Shown one piece after another: positions 1 through 10,039 of a stretch of DNA of 64,000 bases. Origin of the DNA: Candidatus Latescibacterota bacterium. GTDB lineage: Bacteria > Latescibacterota > CBDEFO01. The position numbers were made by a program, and so were the translations under genes. The notes below the pieces were generated by a model. The model worked only from the letters and a program-made list of their open reading frames with translations, had not been told where the DNA came from and ran no database searches. Position 1 is the stretch's first letter; every line of letters starts with the position of its first letter. The DNA is taken from the NCBI GenBank assembly GCA_965248755.1, contig OZ252149.1, positions 3,392,001 through 3,456,000 on the forward strand, read 5' to 3'.

Positions 1-30
1 CCTCTGGAGATATCGGATAAGAAGGAGCAG

Positions 31-1623
31 ATGAGAATTTCGGGGAAGGAGGTACAGCTTGGGGTAAAGCGAAGCGGGAATGTCAGTGTCATGCACATAG
101 TTCTTGCGCTAATATCGGGATTTCTTCTTACCCTATCGTTCCCTCCATTTTGGACAGGCTTTTTGGCTCATCTCGGATTAGTGCCGCTTTTGGTGGCGAT
201 AGATGGAAGAAACCCAAGGCAAGCCTTCCTTCTAGGATTCGTAAGTGGAATCGCCTTCAACCTGGGAACCCTGTACTGGATTTCGTGGATAACACTGATC
301 GGGACGTTCGCCGCTGCGTTTGTTTTAGCAATCTATATGGGCGTCTTCTGCTTGCTTTCTGCCTTGATCCTCAGGACTTTCGGTTACAGAGGGATGGGGG
401 TGATCCCTTTCGTCTGGACAGCTATAGAATATCTCATGTCCTTCGGCGATTTGGGATTTCCCTGGACAGCTTTAGGGAATACACAGACATATTATCTTAG
501 ACTCATACAGTTTGCGGATATAACGAGTGTCCATGGCGTCTCATTCTGGATTGTGACGGTAAATGTAGTTATCTTCTCTTTAATCGCCAACATGTACAAC
601 AAACGGAGAGTGATTCTCCTGTTGTGCGCAGCAGCCGCTCTATTTGTCCTCCCTTATATTTATGGGGTCGTCAGGATTCCGGATGATGTTACAGAAAAGG
701 AGGAAGAAAGGGATATAAGGATAGCGATCGTTCAGCCAAATATCCCTCCCGAAGTCAAATGGGGTCTGAACGGAAGGGACCGGTCGTTTAAGATCTTACG
801 CCAGATGACGATCGAAGCAGCATCCCAAAATCCCGATCTGATAATATGGCCCGAGACGGCAACGCCGTGTTACATACGCTCAAGCTGGAAATACAGAAAT
901 ATTGTCCATTTTCTATCTGATTCTCTGGGAGTACCTATACTGACAGGGGCACCTGACTATGAGCCTGAAAAGGAGGAGTCGTATAACTCTGCGTTCCTTT
1001 TCCAGCCCGATACAAAAGTGTTACAAGGATATAATAAAATAAAGTTGGTGCCTGTCTCCGAGACCACTCCCTTTAAAGGCCTTCTTCCGTTTATGGGCAG
1101 AATCAGATGGGGAAACCTTGGAGGATCCGAATGGGACGAATCCAACTTTGATCGGGGCCAGGAGCTGACTCTCTTTTCTTTTGCCAAGGGGAAGTTTTCG
1201 ACTTTGATATGTTTTGAGTCCGTCTTCCCCGATCTTGTGAGGGACTTTGTAAAGAGGGACGCCTCATTTTTAGTGAACATCACGAACGATGCCTGGTTTG
1301 GAAAGTCATCTGCGCCCTATCAGCACGCCCAGATATCCATCTTCAGGGCAATTGAAAACAGAATATGGATTGCGCGGTGCGCCAATACGGGGGTCTCGCT
1401 TTTTATAGACCCGTACGGGAGGAAGTACAAAGAGACTCTGATCTTCGAACCTGCGATGATAGCTCAAAATATCTCCCCCAAAAAAGGGGAGACATTTTTT
1501 ACAGAGTACGGAAACGTCTTTTCTAAAACTTGTGTGGCTTTAACCTTTATGCTTGTCGTATATCTGCTTGCAGACTCCCTTAAACGGAGCAGGAGAACAA
1601 AGGGGGAAGAAGCTCTATGCTGA
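31..1623 (+). CDS. lnt: apolipoprotein N-acyltransferase
   Basis: Multi-TM N-terminus with GFPW motif; nitrilase-fold motifs QPNI, WPETA, YNKIKLVP, ICFES, NITNDAWFG, RAIEN, ANTG. Confidence 0.95.
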   Translation: MRISGKEVQLGVKRSGNVSVMHIVLALISGFLLTLSFPPFWTGFLAHLGLVPLLVAIDGRNPRQAFLLGFVSGIAFNLGTLYWISWITLIGTFAAAFVLAIYMGVFCLLSALILRTFGYRGMGVIPFVWTAIEYLMSFGDLGFPWTALGNTQTYYLRLIQFADITSVHGVSFWIVTVNVVIFSLIANMYNKRRVILLLCAAAALFVLPYIYGVVRIPDDVTEKEEERDIRIAIVQPNIPPEVKWGLNGRDRSFKILRQMTIEAASQNPDLIIWPETATPCYIRSSWKYRNIVHFLSDSLGVPILTGAPDYEPEKEESYNSAFLFQPDTKVLQGYNKIKLVPVSETTPFKGLLPFMGRIRWGNLGGSEWDESNFDRGQELTLFSFAKGKFSTLICFESVFPDLVRDFVKRDASFLVNITNDAWFGKSSAPYQHAQISIFRAIENRIWIARCANTGVSLFIDPYGRKYKETLIFEPAMIAQNISPKKGETFFTEYGNVFSKTCVALTFMLVVYLLADSLKRSRRTKGEEALC

Positions 1624-3962
1624 AGGCTCGCAGTGGATTCGAAGTAGTTACGAGAATATTCTGCTCAAGCGTGATCTTTATAGTCTTAGGTCTGATGGGA
1701 TGGAAGTCTTCCTTTGGGCAGATTTGGAGCAATTTCACGAGTATGAACGAAGTAAATGACCTTGTCTTACAAGATGGTGCAATATGGGGCGCCACCAACG
1801 GGGGCGTCTTCAAGTTTGATCTAGCAAAGGAGGAGTTTACTGCGCAATATACGAACCTCGACGGCCTGGCAGGCAACAGAGTCTTATCTATTGATGTGGA
1901 CGACCGAGGAAATATCTGGTTCGGAACAGATGGCAACGGATTGAGCAGATTCTCCTTGGAGTCGGAAAGGTTCGAGGAGACCATCAAGGATTTTGAGGGT
2001 GTCAGGGTCAATGCCATCTTCTCCTATCAGAATAAGCTCTTTGTGGGGACAGAACAGGGCATAAGCGTCTATCTGCCCGATAAAGAGGAGATAAAGGAGA
2101 ACTACCGTCAGTTGGGACGACTCGAAAAGGACCCTGAGATTCTATTCTTGAGCGTCCTTCTAGGGAGGCTATGGGCCGGGTCCGAAGAGGGACTCGCCTG
2201 GGCGGATCTGACTATGCCTAACCTTAAGGATCCTCTAAGCTGGAAGTACCTGAGCACGCTCAGAAACTCCAGGGATGCTGTTTTGGTCGATTCGACGGTC
2301 TTTGTCAGCGGAGAAAAGCGGATATGGGGGGTAAGGGAGGCGTCTGTGGGGTCAAGATATGAGAGTCTAAGCTTCCCTGGACTGTCAGATCCAAGAGATA
2401 GATCCAAATTCATAGGGGTAGACTTTGTTGACGGATCATTAGTGGCGGTGGCATCCAGGCCGCAGTATTCGGTGGCTGGAGTGCCCTTCAACAGGATGAC
2501 CAAAATCTATGAGAAGAGCGAAGATGTCTGGACCGAGGGAACTCAGCTCAACGGTGTTGAGGCCACTGCAATTGCGGTCGGGTCAGATGGAGCGCTGTGG
2601 CTTGGCACGAAGGGCAATGGACTCCTGAAGTTTGTCTTTGGAGCAGAGAGCAGAACATTTGTGCCGAACGGACCCGATTTGAACCACTTTACCGATCTTA
2701 CGATAGACCAAGACGGTTCCCTTTGGGCCTGCTCTGACGAAAAGGATCTGACATTGAACGGAATCAGACGGTTCGACGGGAGGAACTGGGTGCAGTTTTT
2801 AGGCAATCTACGAGGCGCCCAAAGGGCGATAGTGGCGGTAGAAGTGGATGAAGAGAATAATATATGGGCGGGAAGCTGGGGAGGAGGAATAACTGTCGTG
2901 ACAAATAAGGGTCAGAAAGTAGCCCGATTTGATGAGAGCAACAGCATTTTGAGGCCTTTCAGGACCGGGTCTCCAGAATTTGTAGTGACAAACGATATTA
3001 TCAGCGACAACGTAGGCAATATATGGATTTTGAACTTTAATGTGGGAATCGCGGTCTTCGAGAGTCTATCTGGAGGAAGACATGCCCTTTACACGCCGTT
3101 AGATGGCATCCCTGATCCCCAGTCTGAACTCAGGTCGATAGATGTAGCTCTCGACAACATCAAATGGATCGGCACTTTCACGTCTGGAATCTTCCTCTTC
3201 GACGATGGAGGGACTCCCTTCGAAAAGGGGGATGAGGTCTTTATCGTGTTCAATACTGCAACCAATCCCGACGACATTCCGAGCAACAAGATCAGTGATA
3301 TAAAGGTGGACAGGCTTGGAACGGTTTGGGTAGGTACAGACAACGGCGTCAGTGCGATAACAGGCTCATATTCCAGAGTACAGAAGCAATTTGCCATAGA
3401 TCCAAGAAAGACAAGGGTCTATACCACCGATGACGGCCTGCCTTCAAATGCTATTAACGTGATCGAGGTGGATGGGAAGAATAACAAATGGATCGGCACA
3501 GATGGTGGTTTAGTTCAGATCCCCGCAGACGGCGGATCACCGATAGTTTTTAACACTTCAAATAGCGGGATTGTGGATAACAGGGTCAAATCCCTAATCT
3601 TCAACGATAAGACGGGGGAGCTTTTTATAGGTACTCTGGGGGGAGTAGGCAAGCTCAGGACATCGGGAGGAAAGGAGATGACAGTTCAAGTCAAGGTCTT
3701 CCCGAATCCCTTCATAGTAGGTGGAAGCGGTAGAGTGCTGAGTTTTGAGGGTCTGTTAGGTGGATCTCAAATCCAGATATTTACGTTATCTGGCGAAGTT
3801 GTGCGCTCTATCAATGTTCGGGATCCTTTGGGAGAGGATGCCACGTGGGACGGTTTGAACGAATCAGGGTTCTTCGTCGGATCGGGCGTCTATTTCTTCA
3901 CTGTTACAGATGCAGAGGGGAACATCGTCACAGGCAAAATAGCTGTGATGCGCACTCTATAG
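1617..3962 (+). CDS. secreted beta-propeller (two-component-regulator propeller repeat / PorZ-like) protein with C-terminal FlgD-Ig/T9SS-like domain
   Basis: Signal peptide; repeated 'D..GNIWFGT..GL' propeller blades; C-terminal 'VFPNPF...IFTLSGEVVR...WDGLNESG..VGSGVYF' motif. Confidence 0.8.
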   Translation: MLKARSGFEVVTRIFCSSVIFIVLGLMGWKSSFGQIWSNFTSMNEVNDLVLQDGAIWGATNGGVFKFDLAKEEFTAQYTNLDGLAGNRVLSIDVDDRGNIWFGTDGNGLSRFSLESERFEETIKDFEGVRVNAIFSYQNKLFVGTEQGISVYLPDKEEIKENYRQLGRLEKDPEILFLSVLLGRLWAGSEEGLAWADLTMPNLKDPLSWKYLSTLRNSRDAVLVDSTVFVSGEKRIWGVREASVGSRYESLSFPGLSDPRDRSKFIGVDFVDGSLVAVASRPQYSVAGVPFNRMTKIYEKSEDVWTEGTQLNGVEATAIAVGSDGALWLGTKGNGLLKFVFGAESRTFVPNGPDLNHFTDLTIDQDGSLWACSDEKDLTLNGIRRFDGRNWVQFLGNLRGAQRAIVAVEVDEENNIWAGSWGGGITVVTNKGQKVARFDESNSILRPFRTGSPEFVVTNDIISDNVGNIWILNFNVGIAVFESLSGGRHALYTPLDGIPDPQSELRSIDVALDNIKWIGTFTSGIFLFDDGGTPFEKGDEVFIVFNTATNPDDIPSNKISDIKVDRLGTVWVGTDNGVSAITGSYSRVQKQFAIDPRKTRVYTTDDGLPSNAINVIEVDGKNNKWIGTDGGLVQIPADGGSPIVFNTSNSGIVDNRVKSLIFNDKTGELFIGTLGGVGKLRTSGGKEMTVQVKVFPNPFIVGGSGRVLSFEGLLGGSQIQIFTLSGEVVRSINVRDPLGEDATWDGLNESGFFVGSGVYFFTVTDAEGNIVTGKIAVMRTL

Positions 3963-4058
3963 TAATAATCCTAATCTTTCGACCGAGTATTAGAGGGGCT
4001 TAAATGCCCCATTTCTATAACGTCATTGCGAGCAAAGCGAAGCGATCTGCACAAACTC

Positions 4059-5540
4059 ATGTTTGAAAAGATAAAAGGATTGGCGCGGCATACGGCCGTC
4101 TACGGCATTGGAGATACGGCAGGGCGTGCTATTGGACTAATTCTCCTGCCCCTGTACACGTCGGTGTTTTCCCGTGAGGTGATAGGAGCGATGACACTGG
4201 CATTTTCCCTGGCGGCGTTCGCGGGCATCTTTTACACGTTGGGGATGAACTACGCTGTCCTTCGCTATTTTGCAGGTGATGTGGAGAAGGACGATCGCAT
4301 GAGGATACTCAGCACAGAATTTACCTTTCTGCTTCTCGTATCGGCCATCCTATCGCTGGTGCTGTGGAGATCTTCCGAGTCGGTGGGGAACATCTTCTTC
4401 GGAGTCCCCGGATGGGACCATCTTGTAAGGATGGTTGCAGTTATACTCTTTTTAGACACATTGTCCTCTATGTGCATGGTCGTCCTCCGAGCGCAAGAGA
4501 GGTCCGGGACGTATACTATCATCACACTTCTTAGGCTCTTTTCCAGTCTTGTGCTCAATATATATCTTGTGACCCACAGAAGAGAGGTAGAAGCCGTATT
4601 TGAAGCTAACATTATTACCTCTGCCCTCGTGTTTTTGGTCTCTTTTCCCTTTGTAGCCAACTATCTTAGACCTTACATCTCCATCGTCTGGCTGGAGAAG
4701 CTCCTCAAGTTCGGGCTGGTCTTTGTCCCTTCCGTCTTTTGTGTGATGATTATCGAGGTTTCGGACAGGTATCTTCTCCGAAGGTTTCTAAATTTAGAAG
4801 AGGTCGGAATCTATTCAGTATGCTATAAGTTGGGTTTGGTATCGTTATTTTTGGCAAGGGCGTTCAGCCTGGCTTGGCCGACCTTTTTTCTATCGCTGTC
4901 ACAAAATGCGAATGCTCCAGATCCTGAGGAAGCAAAGAGCGTTTACGCAAGGGTCATGACATATTTCATTTTAGCCTCGGTCTTCGTGATGCTAGCAACG
5001 TCGGTCTTTGCAAGGGACATCGTACGCTTTCTTCCGACTCCTGATCCCCTCACAGACTACACAAGGGGCTGGAAGGTGATACCTGTAGTCTGTCTGGCTT
5101 ACACATTCTACGGCGTCTATATCAATCTGATGGCAGGCGTGTTTATAAAAGACAAGACGGGTTACCTTCCGTTTGTCACTGGAGTAGGGGCGTTCATAAA
5201 TGTAGTTCTGAACATAGTTTTGATACCGATTATCGGAATGATGGGGGCGGCTCTATCGACCTTGGCGGCGTACGCAGTTATGGTCGGCTCTCTTTATGCT
5301 GTAACGCACAGGGTCTATCGTATCGTCTATGAGTTCGACCGGATCCTCAAAATAGCCCTGTCAGGAGCCGTAGTCTTTGTTGTAGGGGTTATCCTGCTGG
5401 TAGAGGGCGGAGAATCGGGAAGTTTCTTTAACACAGGTTTTAAGATTGCATCGCTTGGAGGGTATTTTCTGCTGTTATGGGCGTTCGGGTTCTTCTATGA
5501 CGAGGAGAAAGCTTTGATCAGTAGAAAATTGAGGATCTAA
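4059..5540 (+). CDS. oligosaccharide flippase (Wzx/MOP family)
   Basis: About 14 hydrophobic segments, 'LLPLYT', 'DRYLL', 'GMMGAALST'. Start set at ATG 4059 because the upstream in-frame extension is a repeat. Confidence 0.85.
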   Translation: MFEKIKGLARHTAVYGIGDTAGRAIGLILLPLYTSVFSREVIGAMTLAFSLAAFAGIFYTLGMNYAVLRYFAGDVEKDDRMRILSTEFTFLLLVSAILSLVLWRSSESVGNIFFGVPGWDHLVRMVAVILFLDTLSSMCMVVLRAQERSGTYTIITLLRLFSSLVLNIYLVTHRREVEAVFEANIITSALVFLVSFPFVANYLRPYISIVWLEKLLKFGLVFVPSVFCVMIIEVSDRYLLRRFLNLEEVGIYSVCYKLGLVSLFLARAFSLAWPTFFLSLSQNANAPDPEEAKSVYARVMTYFILASVFVMLATSVFARDIVRFLPTPDPLTDYTRGWKVIPVVCLAYTFYGVYINLMAGVFIKDKTGYLPFVTGVGAFINVVLNIVLIPIIGMMGAALSTLAAYAVMVGSLYAVTHRVYRIVYEFDRILKIALSGAVVFVVGVILLVEGGESGSFFNTGFKIASLGGYFLLLWAFGFFYDEEKALISRKLRI

Positions 5541-5564
5541 GGTAGGTTATCGGTAGTTCTAGCA

Positions 5565-6176
5565 TCATTTTGAATAGAGCTTCCTGCTCTTTATATAGCC
5601 CAAGACCTGATCGGGGACGATATATCTTATCGGCTCTTTTTGTCTGATCCGGAGGCGTATGTCAGTGGAGGAAATCTGGATGTGCGGAACGTCAATAAAC
5701 TCCATTTTTTCAATAAGATCAGAATCGGCGCCTTTTGTATTTTTTGCGTGGAGCCCACTACGACTCGCTACAACTACAGTACAGAGCTCGAATATGCCCC
5801 TGGGATTGTGCCAGGTAGGGATCTGGGAGACGTTGTCGGAGCCGATTATGAGGAATATCTCCGTCTGGCAAGACAGATCTTTCCTCATCTGCTTCAAAGT
5901 GTCAAACGTATAGGACCTTCCGCCCCTTTCCAATTCCATAGTCGAGACCTGAAAACAGGGGTTCCCATCCACGGCCATCTTGACCATCTTCAATCTGTCC
6001 TGGGATGGAGCCATCTCTTTATATTCTTTGTGAGGTGGATCTCGAGAGGGCATAAAGATTACCTTTTCCAGATCGAGTATTTTCAGGACGTCCTGCGCTA
6101 TTATCAGGTGACCTAAATGTATGGGGTCAAACGTTCCCCCCAAAAGTCCTATCCGTAACGCACCTGCCACGCTCAT
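5565..6176 (-). CDS. nadD: nicotinate-nucleotide adenylyltransferase
   Basis: GGTFDPIHLGH, PPHK, SYT.DTL, IIGSD, ISSTDIR motifs. Confidence 0.95.
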   Translation of the reverse strand: MSVAGALRIGLLGGTFDPIHLGHLIIAQDVLKILDLEKVIFMPSRDPPHKEYKEMAPSQDRLKMVKMAVDGNPCFQVSTMELERGGRSYTFDTLKQMRKDLSCQTEIFLIIGSDNVSQIPTWHNPRGIFELCTVVVASRSGLHAKNTKGADSDLIEKMEFIDVPHIQISSTDIRLRIRQKEPIRYIVPDQVLGYIKSRKLYSK

Positions 6177-6925
6177 CTTTTTCCCTGGGTCCTCTGTATC
6201 TTATTTATCTTCTGGTAGGCCTTCCTTAAAAGATTCTTATTCGAATTTCTCTCTGTCACCTTGCTGAAGGCATTCAGTGCCTCATCAAACTTACCCTGAT
6301 CCAGGAGTATTTCCCCCTTGCCGAACTGGGCGTAGGATACCCAGTTAGTGTCATCGTAGAGATTCAGGACCTCATTGTAATAGATAAGCGCCGCTTCCTT
6401 GTCACCTAATTTAGAATAATCTTTTCCCGCCAGATAGAGCTTTTCGGCCAGCTTGTCTCTGCATTTTGATATGTACTTTTGGGCTTCCTCAGATAGCGAG
6501 CTTTCGGGGTAATTCCTCTGGAACAGTGCAAAGAGCCTAGAAGCCTTTTCGGTTTCAGACTGATCCAGTTTTACAGGGAGAGATTGTTCAAAGTGACAAC
6601 GGGCGATCTGAAATTCAGCTCTTTCCACAAATGGACTCCTGCGGTGGTTTTCTATCACCCTTTCGTACTCGAATATAGCTTCAGTGTACTGCTCGCTGCA
6701 AAAATAGGCGTTTCCCAATCTGTACTGTGCGTCATCGGAAAGGTCCGATCCAGGAAAACTTGTGACCACCTTACTAAAGGTCTCTATAGCCTCCAGGCAT
6801 TTCCCCTTCTTTAGGGCTCTATCTGCCCGATCATAATAGTACTGAGCGTCCTTTGTGACCGCTACTTGCCCACCGACGCATCCGAACAGAAAAAGGAGTG
6901 GGACTATGTATTTTGTGAGCTTCAT
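6173..6925 (-). CDS. bamD: outer membrane protein assembly lipoprotein BamD (TPR)
   Basis: Lipobox LFGC, TPR repeats, 'LDQSET..A...F..F..NYPES' and 'LAEKLY.AG.DY' BamD-like segments; adjacent to nadD. Confidence 0.85.
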   Translation of the reverse strand: MKLTKYIVPLLFLFGCVGGQVAVTKDAQYYYDRADRALKKGKCLEAIETFSKVVTSFPGSDLSDDAQYRLGNAYFCSEQYTEAIFEYERVIENHRRSPFVERAEFQIARCHFEQSLPVKLDQSETEKASRLFALFQRNYPESSLSEEAQKYISKCRDKLAEKLYLAGKDYSKLGDKEAALIYYNEVLNLYDDTNWVSYAQFGKGEILLDQGKFDEALNAFSKVTERNSNKNLLRKAYQKINKIQRTQGKR

Positions 6926-7034
6926 CTTTTTCCTTAAGGAGTTTTTCGACCACCTCGTGGCTTGCCCCCGATTGAATCTATCGAGGGCTTGCTATCTCCC
7001 GAGCCAAGTGGACACGCCACCTTTTCGGGGGTCG

Positions 7035-7850
7035 TTATCTGTTGGAAAAGAAAAGGTATATAAGCCCCCCGACCACTCCAGAGGCGATTATGGGTTCCAA
7101 TATCTTCCCCAGGTTCTTTCCGGACAGTTGGGATTTTGCAAAATTGTAATCTTCCACCTCAACTTTTGAAAGGTGCTTGACAGGAAAGGTATCAAACGAC
7201 TCAAAGCCGCCCGGTCCCTGCCAAAGTACCCGACCATCGGCCGGATCTGTCGCCTGCAGTGAAAACCTAACTCTGACCAACCTCTTTGCCATCTTCTCTC
7301 CGATCAGCCCCTTTCGGTTCTTCCCCAAGTAATCTGTCCTGATCTCCTCAACTCTGTAGGAAAGACGCATGGGGGAACCGGGGCTGACAAAAATGGTATT
7401 GTCGGGCGGCGGCGTGAGACTATCGTGTTGTGCGCTGTTTTCCTGGTCGTCAATCACGACGCGGAATCCTCTTTTAATCAGCTCCTCAAGAAGGGCGTTT
7501 TCTATAATCCAGTTTGCTTCATGCTGGCTTCTGGATGCTAACAGAATCGTCCTCTTCAGGTTCTCTGTCGAGTAAGGAGTCAGGGATTGACCTGGATCGA
7601 AGATTGAGGGTGAACCATCTGCTATCAAGCTATCTATCACATCTGAGACAGCCCTGGCAACAGTCAATCTTATTACGTCTAAGTTTGTGTCAAAGTCCGG
7701 GTGTAGGGATGCACCCTCTTTTCCCTCCAGGGGTTCTTCCATACTTTTGGGCGAGACCTTTTGTGCGCCCGCGGGATCGGCTTTTTCATCTCCCCACAAC
7801 GGAGCGTCCCAGATAAGAAGGGCCGTCAATAATAGCAGTGATTCTTTCAA
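7035..7850 (-). CDS. hypothetical exported protein with C-terminal membrane anchor
   Basis: Signal peptide; C-terminal 'LEPIIASGVVGGLIYLFFSNR'. Confidence 0.65.
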   Translation of the reverse strand: MKESLLLLTALLIWDAPLWGDEKADPAGAQKVSPKSMEEPLEGKEGASLHPDFDTNLDVIRLTVARAVSDVIDSLIADGSPSIFDPGQSLTPYSTENLKRTILLASRSQHEANWIIENALLEELIKRGFRVVIDDQENSAQHDSLTPPPDNTIFVSPGSPMRLSYRVEEIRTDYLGKNRKGLIGEKMAKRLVRVRFSLQATDPADGRVLWQGPGGFESFDTFPVKHLSKVEVEDYNFAKSQLSGKNLGKILEPIIASGVVGGLIYLFFSNR

Positions 7851-7911
7851 TTTTATCCTCTATATACCTTGTGAATAGTGGACAGGTAACAGGAGGGAAG
7901 CGGTACCCTGC

Positions 7912-8772
7912 CTAACGTCTACTGACTTGGAGCTTCTCAAGGATCAGCTTGGCTTTTTTGACCCATTCGCTGTTGGGGAACTTTTCGATCATCTTGCTAA
8001 ACTCCTCAATGGCCTTGTCCTTATGTTCGAGCCTAAGATAACAATATCCTATCATAAGTTGAGCATCGTCGTCCTTTTCGGTGTTTTGATACTTGAAGAC
8101 ATTCTGGAAGGATACCAGGGCCTGTGTGTAATCTCCCAGTGCGTAGTAGGATTCCCCGATCCAGTACTGTGCGTTGTCGGCTAAGTTGCTCAACGGAGCA
8201 AGGACCAATATATCTTTGAACTTTTCGATAGCCCGTTCGTATTTCTTATCCTTCCGGTCTTGGAGCGCCGCATCGTAGGAGGCCTTCACGTCGTATCCTC
8301 CGGACCTCACAGTGCTTGGAGGAGCCCCTGTTGCTATGGCTTGTTGCATCTGTTTTTCCAGTTCTTTTATACGGTCCTCCAGCTGGACGATTCTCAGATC
8401 AAGCTTCGTTGTCCTTTCGTCCTCTCTGGCAGTAGGGGCGTCTTTTCCTCGCTCCAGAGCATCCACTCGAGCCGTCAGACCCTCTACCTGTATTTTCATA
8501 TAGGAGTTAATGTCGTCCTCTAAGGCCTCAACTTCCCTTTTAAGCTGATCGTTGGATGTCTCCAAGCTGCTCACAGCCTTCTTACTAGCTGCCCCGCATC
8601 CTGAGAGTAAGAGGAAAGCCAGTAGACAGGGAAAACCGGTAGACAGTAGAGAGCAGCCCCCGATAGATTCAATCGGGGGAGACAGGGCAGCCCTTCCACT
8701 CCTGTATGCTGTATATTCTTTGCTGTCTACTTTTCTTCTGCGTAGCCTCTTCATCTTTTCCTCCCTTAACAT
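7912..8772 (-). CDS. tol-pal system YbgF/CpoB-like TPR lipoprotein
   Basis: Lipobox LSGC, coiled coil, 'LADNAQYWIGESYY' TPR; N-terminus contains repeat-derived sequence. Confidence 0.8.
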   Translation of the reverse strand: MLREEKMKRLRRRKVDSKEYTAYRSGRAALSPPIESIGGCSLLSTGFPCLLAFLLLSGCGAASKKAVSSLETSNDQLKREVEALEDDINSYMKIQVEGLTARVDALERGKDAPTAREDERTTKLDLRIVQLEDRIKELEKQMQQAIATGAPPSTVRSGGYDVKASYDAALQDRKDKKYERAIEKFKDILVLAPLSNLADNAQYWIGESYYALGDYTQALVSFQNVFKYQNTEKDDDAQLMIGYCYLRLEHKDKAIEEFSKMIEKFPNSEWVKKAKLILEKLQVSRR

Positions 8773-8809
8773 ACAGAATCAAGACCATCTGAATTTTACG
8801 GTTAAGTTT

Positions 8810-9871
8810 CTAAAAGGCTGAGATTGGGACAATTACGGATATAACGTGGATATGTTGTCTTTCCAGATCTCTTTTCTCTGTGACGTAGGTATATCCGACA
8901 GTGTCGGACGCGCTGTTTCGCAGAAGGTAGCCGTTGTTTCCGCCTTTTAGTTTGAATCCTATCCCGAAGGAGTAGACGTTATGGCCAGATGGTCTTCTTC
9001 GGAAATAACCTCCCCTTATCGCAAATCCCAAGGGAAGATTCCTTTCAAACCCTGTGTGTATCTCTCTGGCTGAAGGGTTGTGAGATTTATCAGATTCGTT
9101 AAGATTCCTCAGGTCTAGAGAGAAGATGGTCTTGGAGTCGAGGTAGTAAGAGATACCTCCGTTGATGGCTTCGTCTCCTATCCTTTCAAGATCGAGTCTT
9201 GGGGAACCCATATCATCTGAGAAGTTGACAAACGATATTCCAACATTCAACTTTGGGCTCGGTTTTAGCAGTACTCCAAATGCGAAACTATCCCCTTTGA
9301 CCTTTTCTCCTGGACCGCCCGGCTCGTAATATATAGTGGCCGATACTCCCAGCGATACTGCAGGAGCTAATTGCAAAGACAGTGCTCCCAACTGAGAGTA
9401 CAACTGGAAAGTGGGCCTTGAGGAGAAGAGCCTCTCTTCGCGCCATAGATCCAAGGGTTCTTCTCCATTGAGGATTCCTATATTTAGAGATGCCGTGCGG
9501 TATATGACTCCTCGTATAGATAGACTTAAAGCGTAGATCCACTCTGATAGCGTTAAATTGTCGTCTCTTTCCCATCTGCGGTCAAAGTCCCCGAGATCGT
9601 GCCACGCAACCGGTGGAGAGATAGGGTTTAAAAAGACCTCAAATCTCCTTCGAGTTGCTTTGCCCATGGGTCCCAAAGCCGCAGGGTTCCAGTCCAAAGA
9701 TGGGAGATCGTCCACAATTGAAAGGTACGCCCCGCCTAAGCCTAAGGCTCGCGCCTTGGTATTGTTGAAACTTATATATTTTCTCTCGGCCCTAACTGGG
9801 GTAGCCGATAGTAGCTTCACTGCAACCAGGTTCAAAAGAAAGAACATGACCACTCTGTGGTGTATTTTCAT
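8810..9871 (-). CDS. outer membrane beta-barrel protein (PorV/FadL-like N-terminal motif)
   Basis: Signal peptide; 'ARALGLGGAY....DD....WNPAAL' motif; amphipathic strands; C-terminal Phe. Confidence 0.6.
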   Translation of the reverse strand: MKIHHRVVMFFLLNLVAVKLLSATPVRAERKYISFNNTKARALGLGGAYLSIVDDLPSLDWNPAALGPMGKATRRRFEVFLNPISPPVAWHDLGDFDRRWERDDNLTLSEWIYALSLSIRGVIYRTASLNIGILNGEEPLDLWREERLFSSRPTFQLYSQLGALSLQLAPAVSLGVSATIYYEPGGPGEKVKGDSFAFGVLLKPSPKLNVGISFVNFSDDMGSPRLDLERIGDEAINGGISYYLDSKTIFSLDLRNLNESDKSHNPSAREIHTGFERNLPLGFAIRGGYFRRRPSGHNVYSFGIGFKLKGGNNGYLLRNSASDTVGYTYVTEKRDLERQHIHVISVIVPISAF

Positions 9872-10039
9872 CTTCCCCTTTCTTTTGGTCCCCTCCTTTC
9901 AAACTAACCTGGCCGCCTACGGCATATGTGCCTATGGCATATGTTCAAAGTACAGGATCTCCCAAAAAGTATTGAAGAACTTTTTGGGGAAGGGTTTATG
10001 GTATTTAAGCTAATAAAATAAGTCTGCTAAGTCAAGTAA

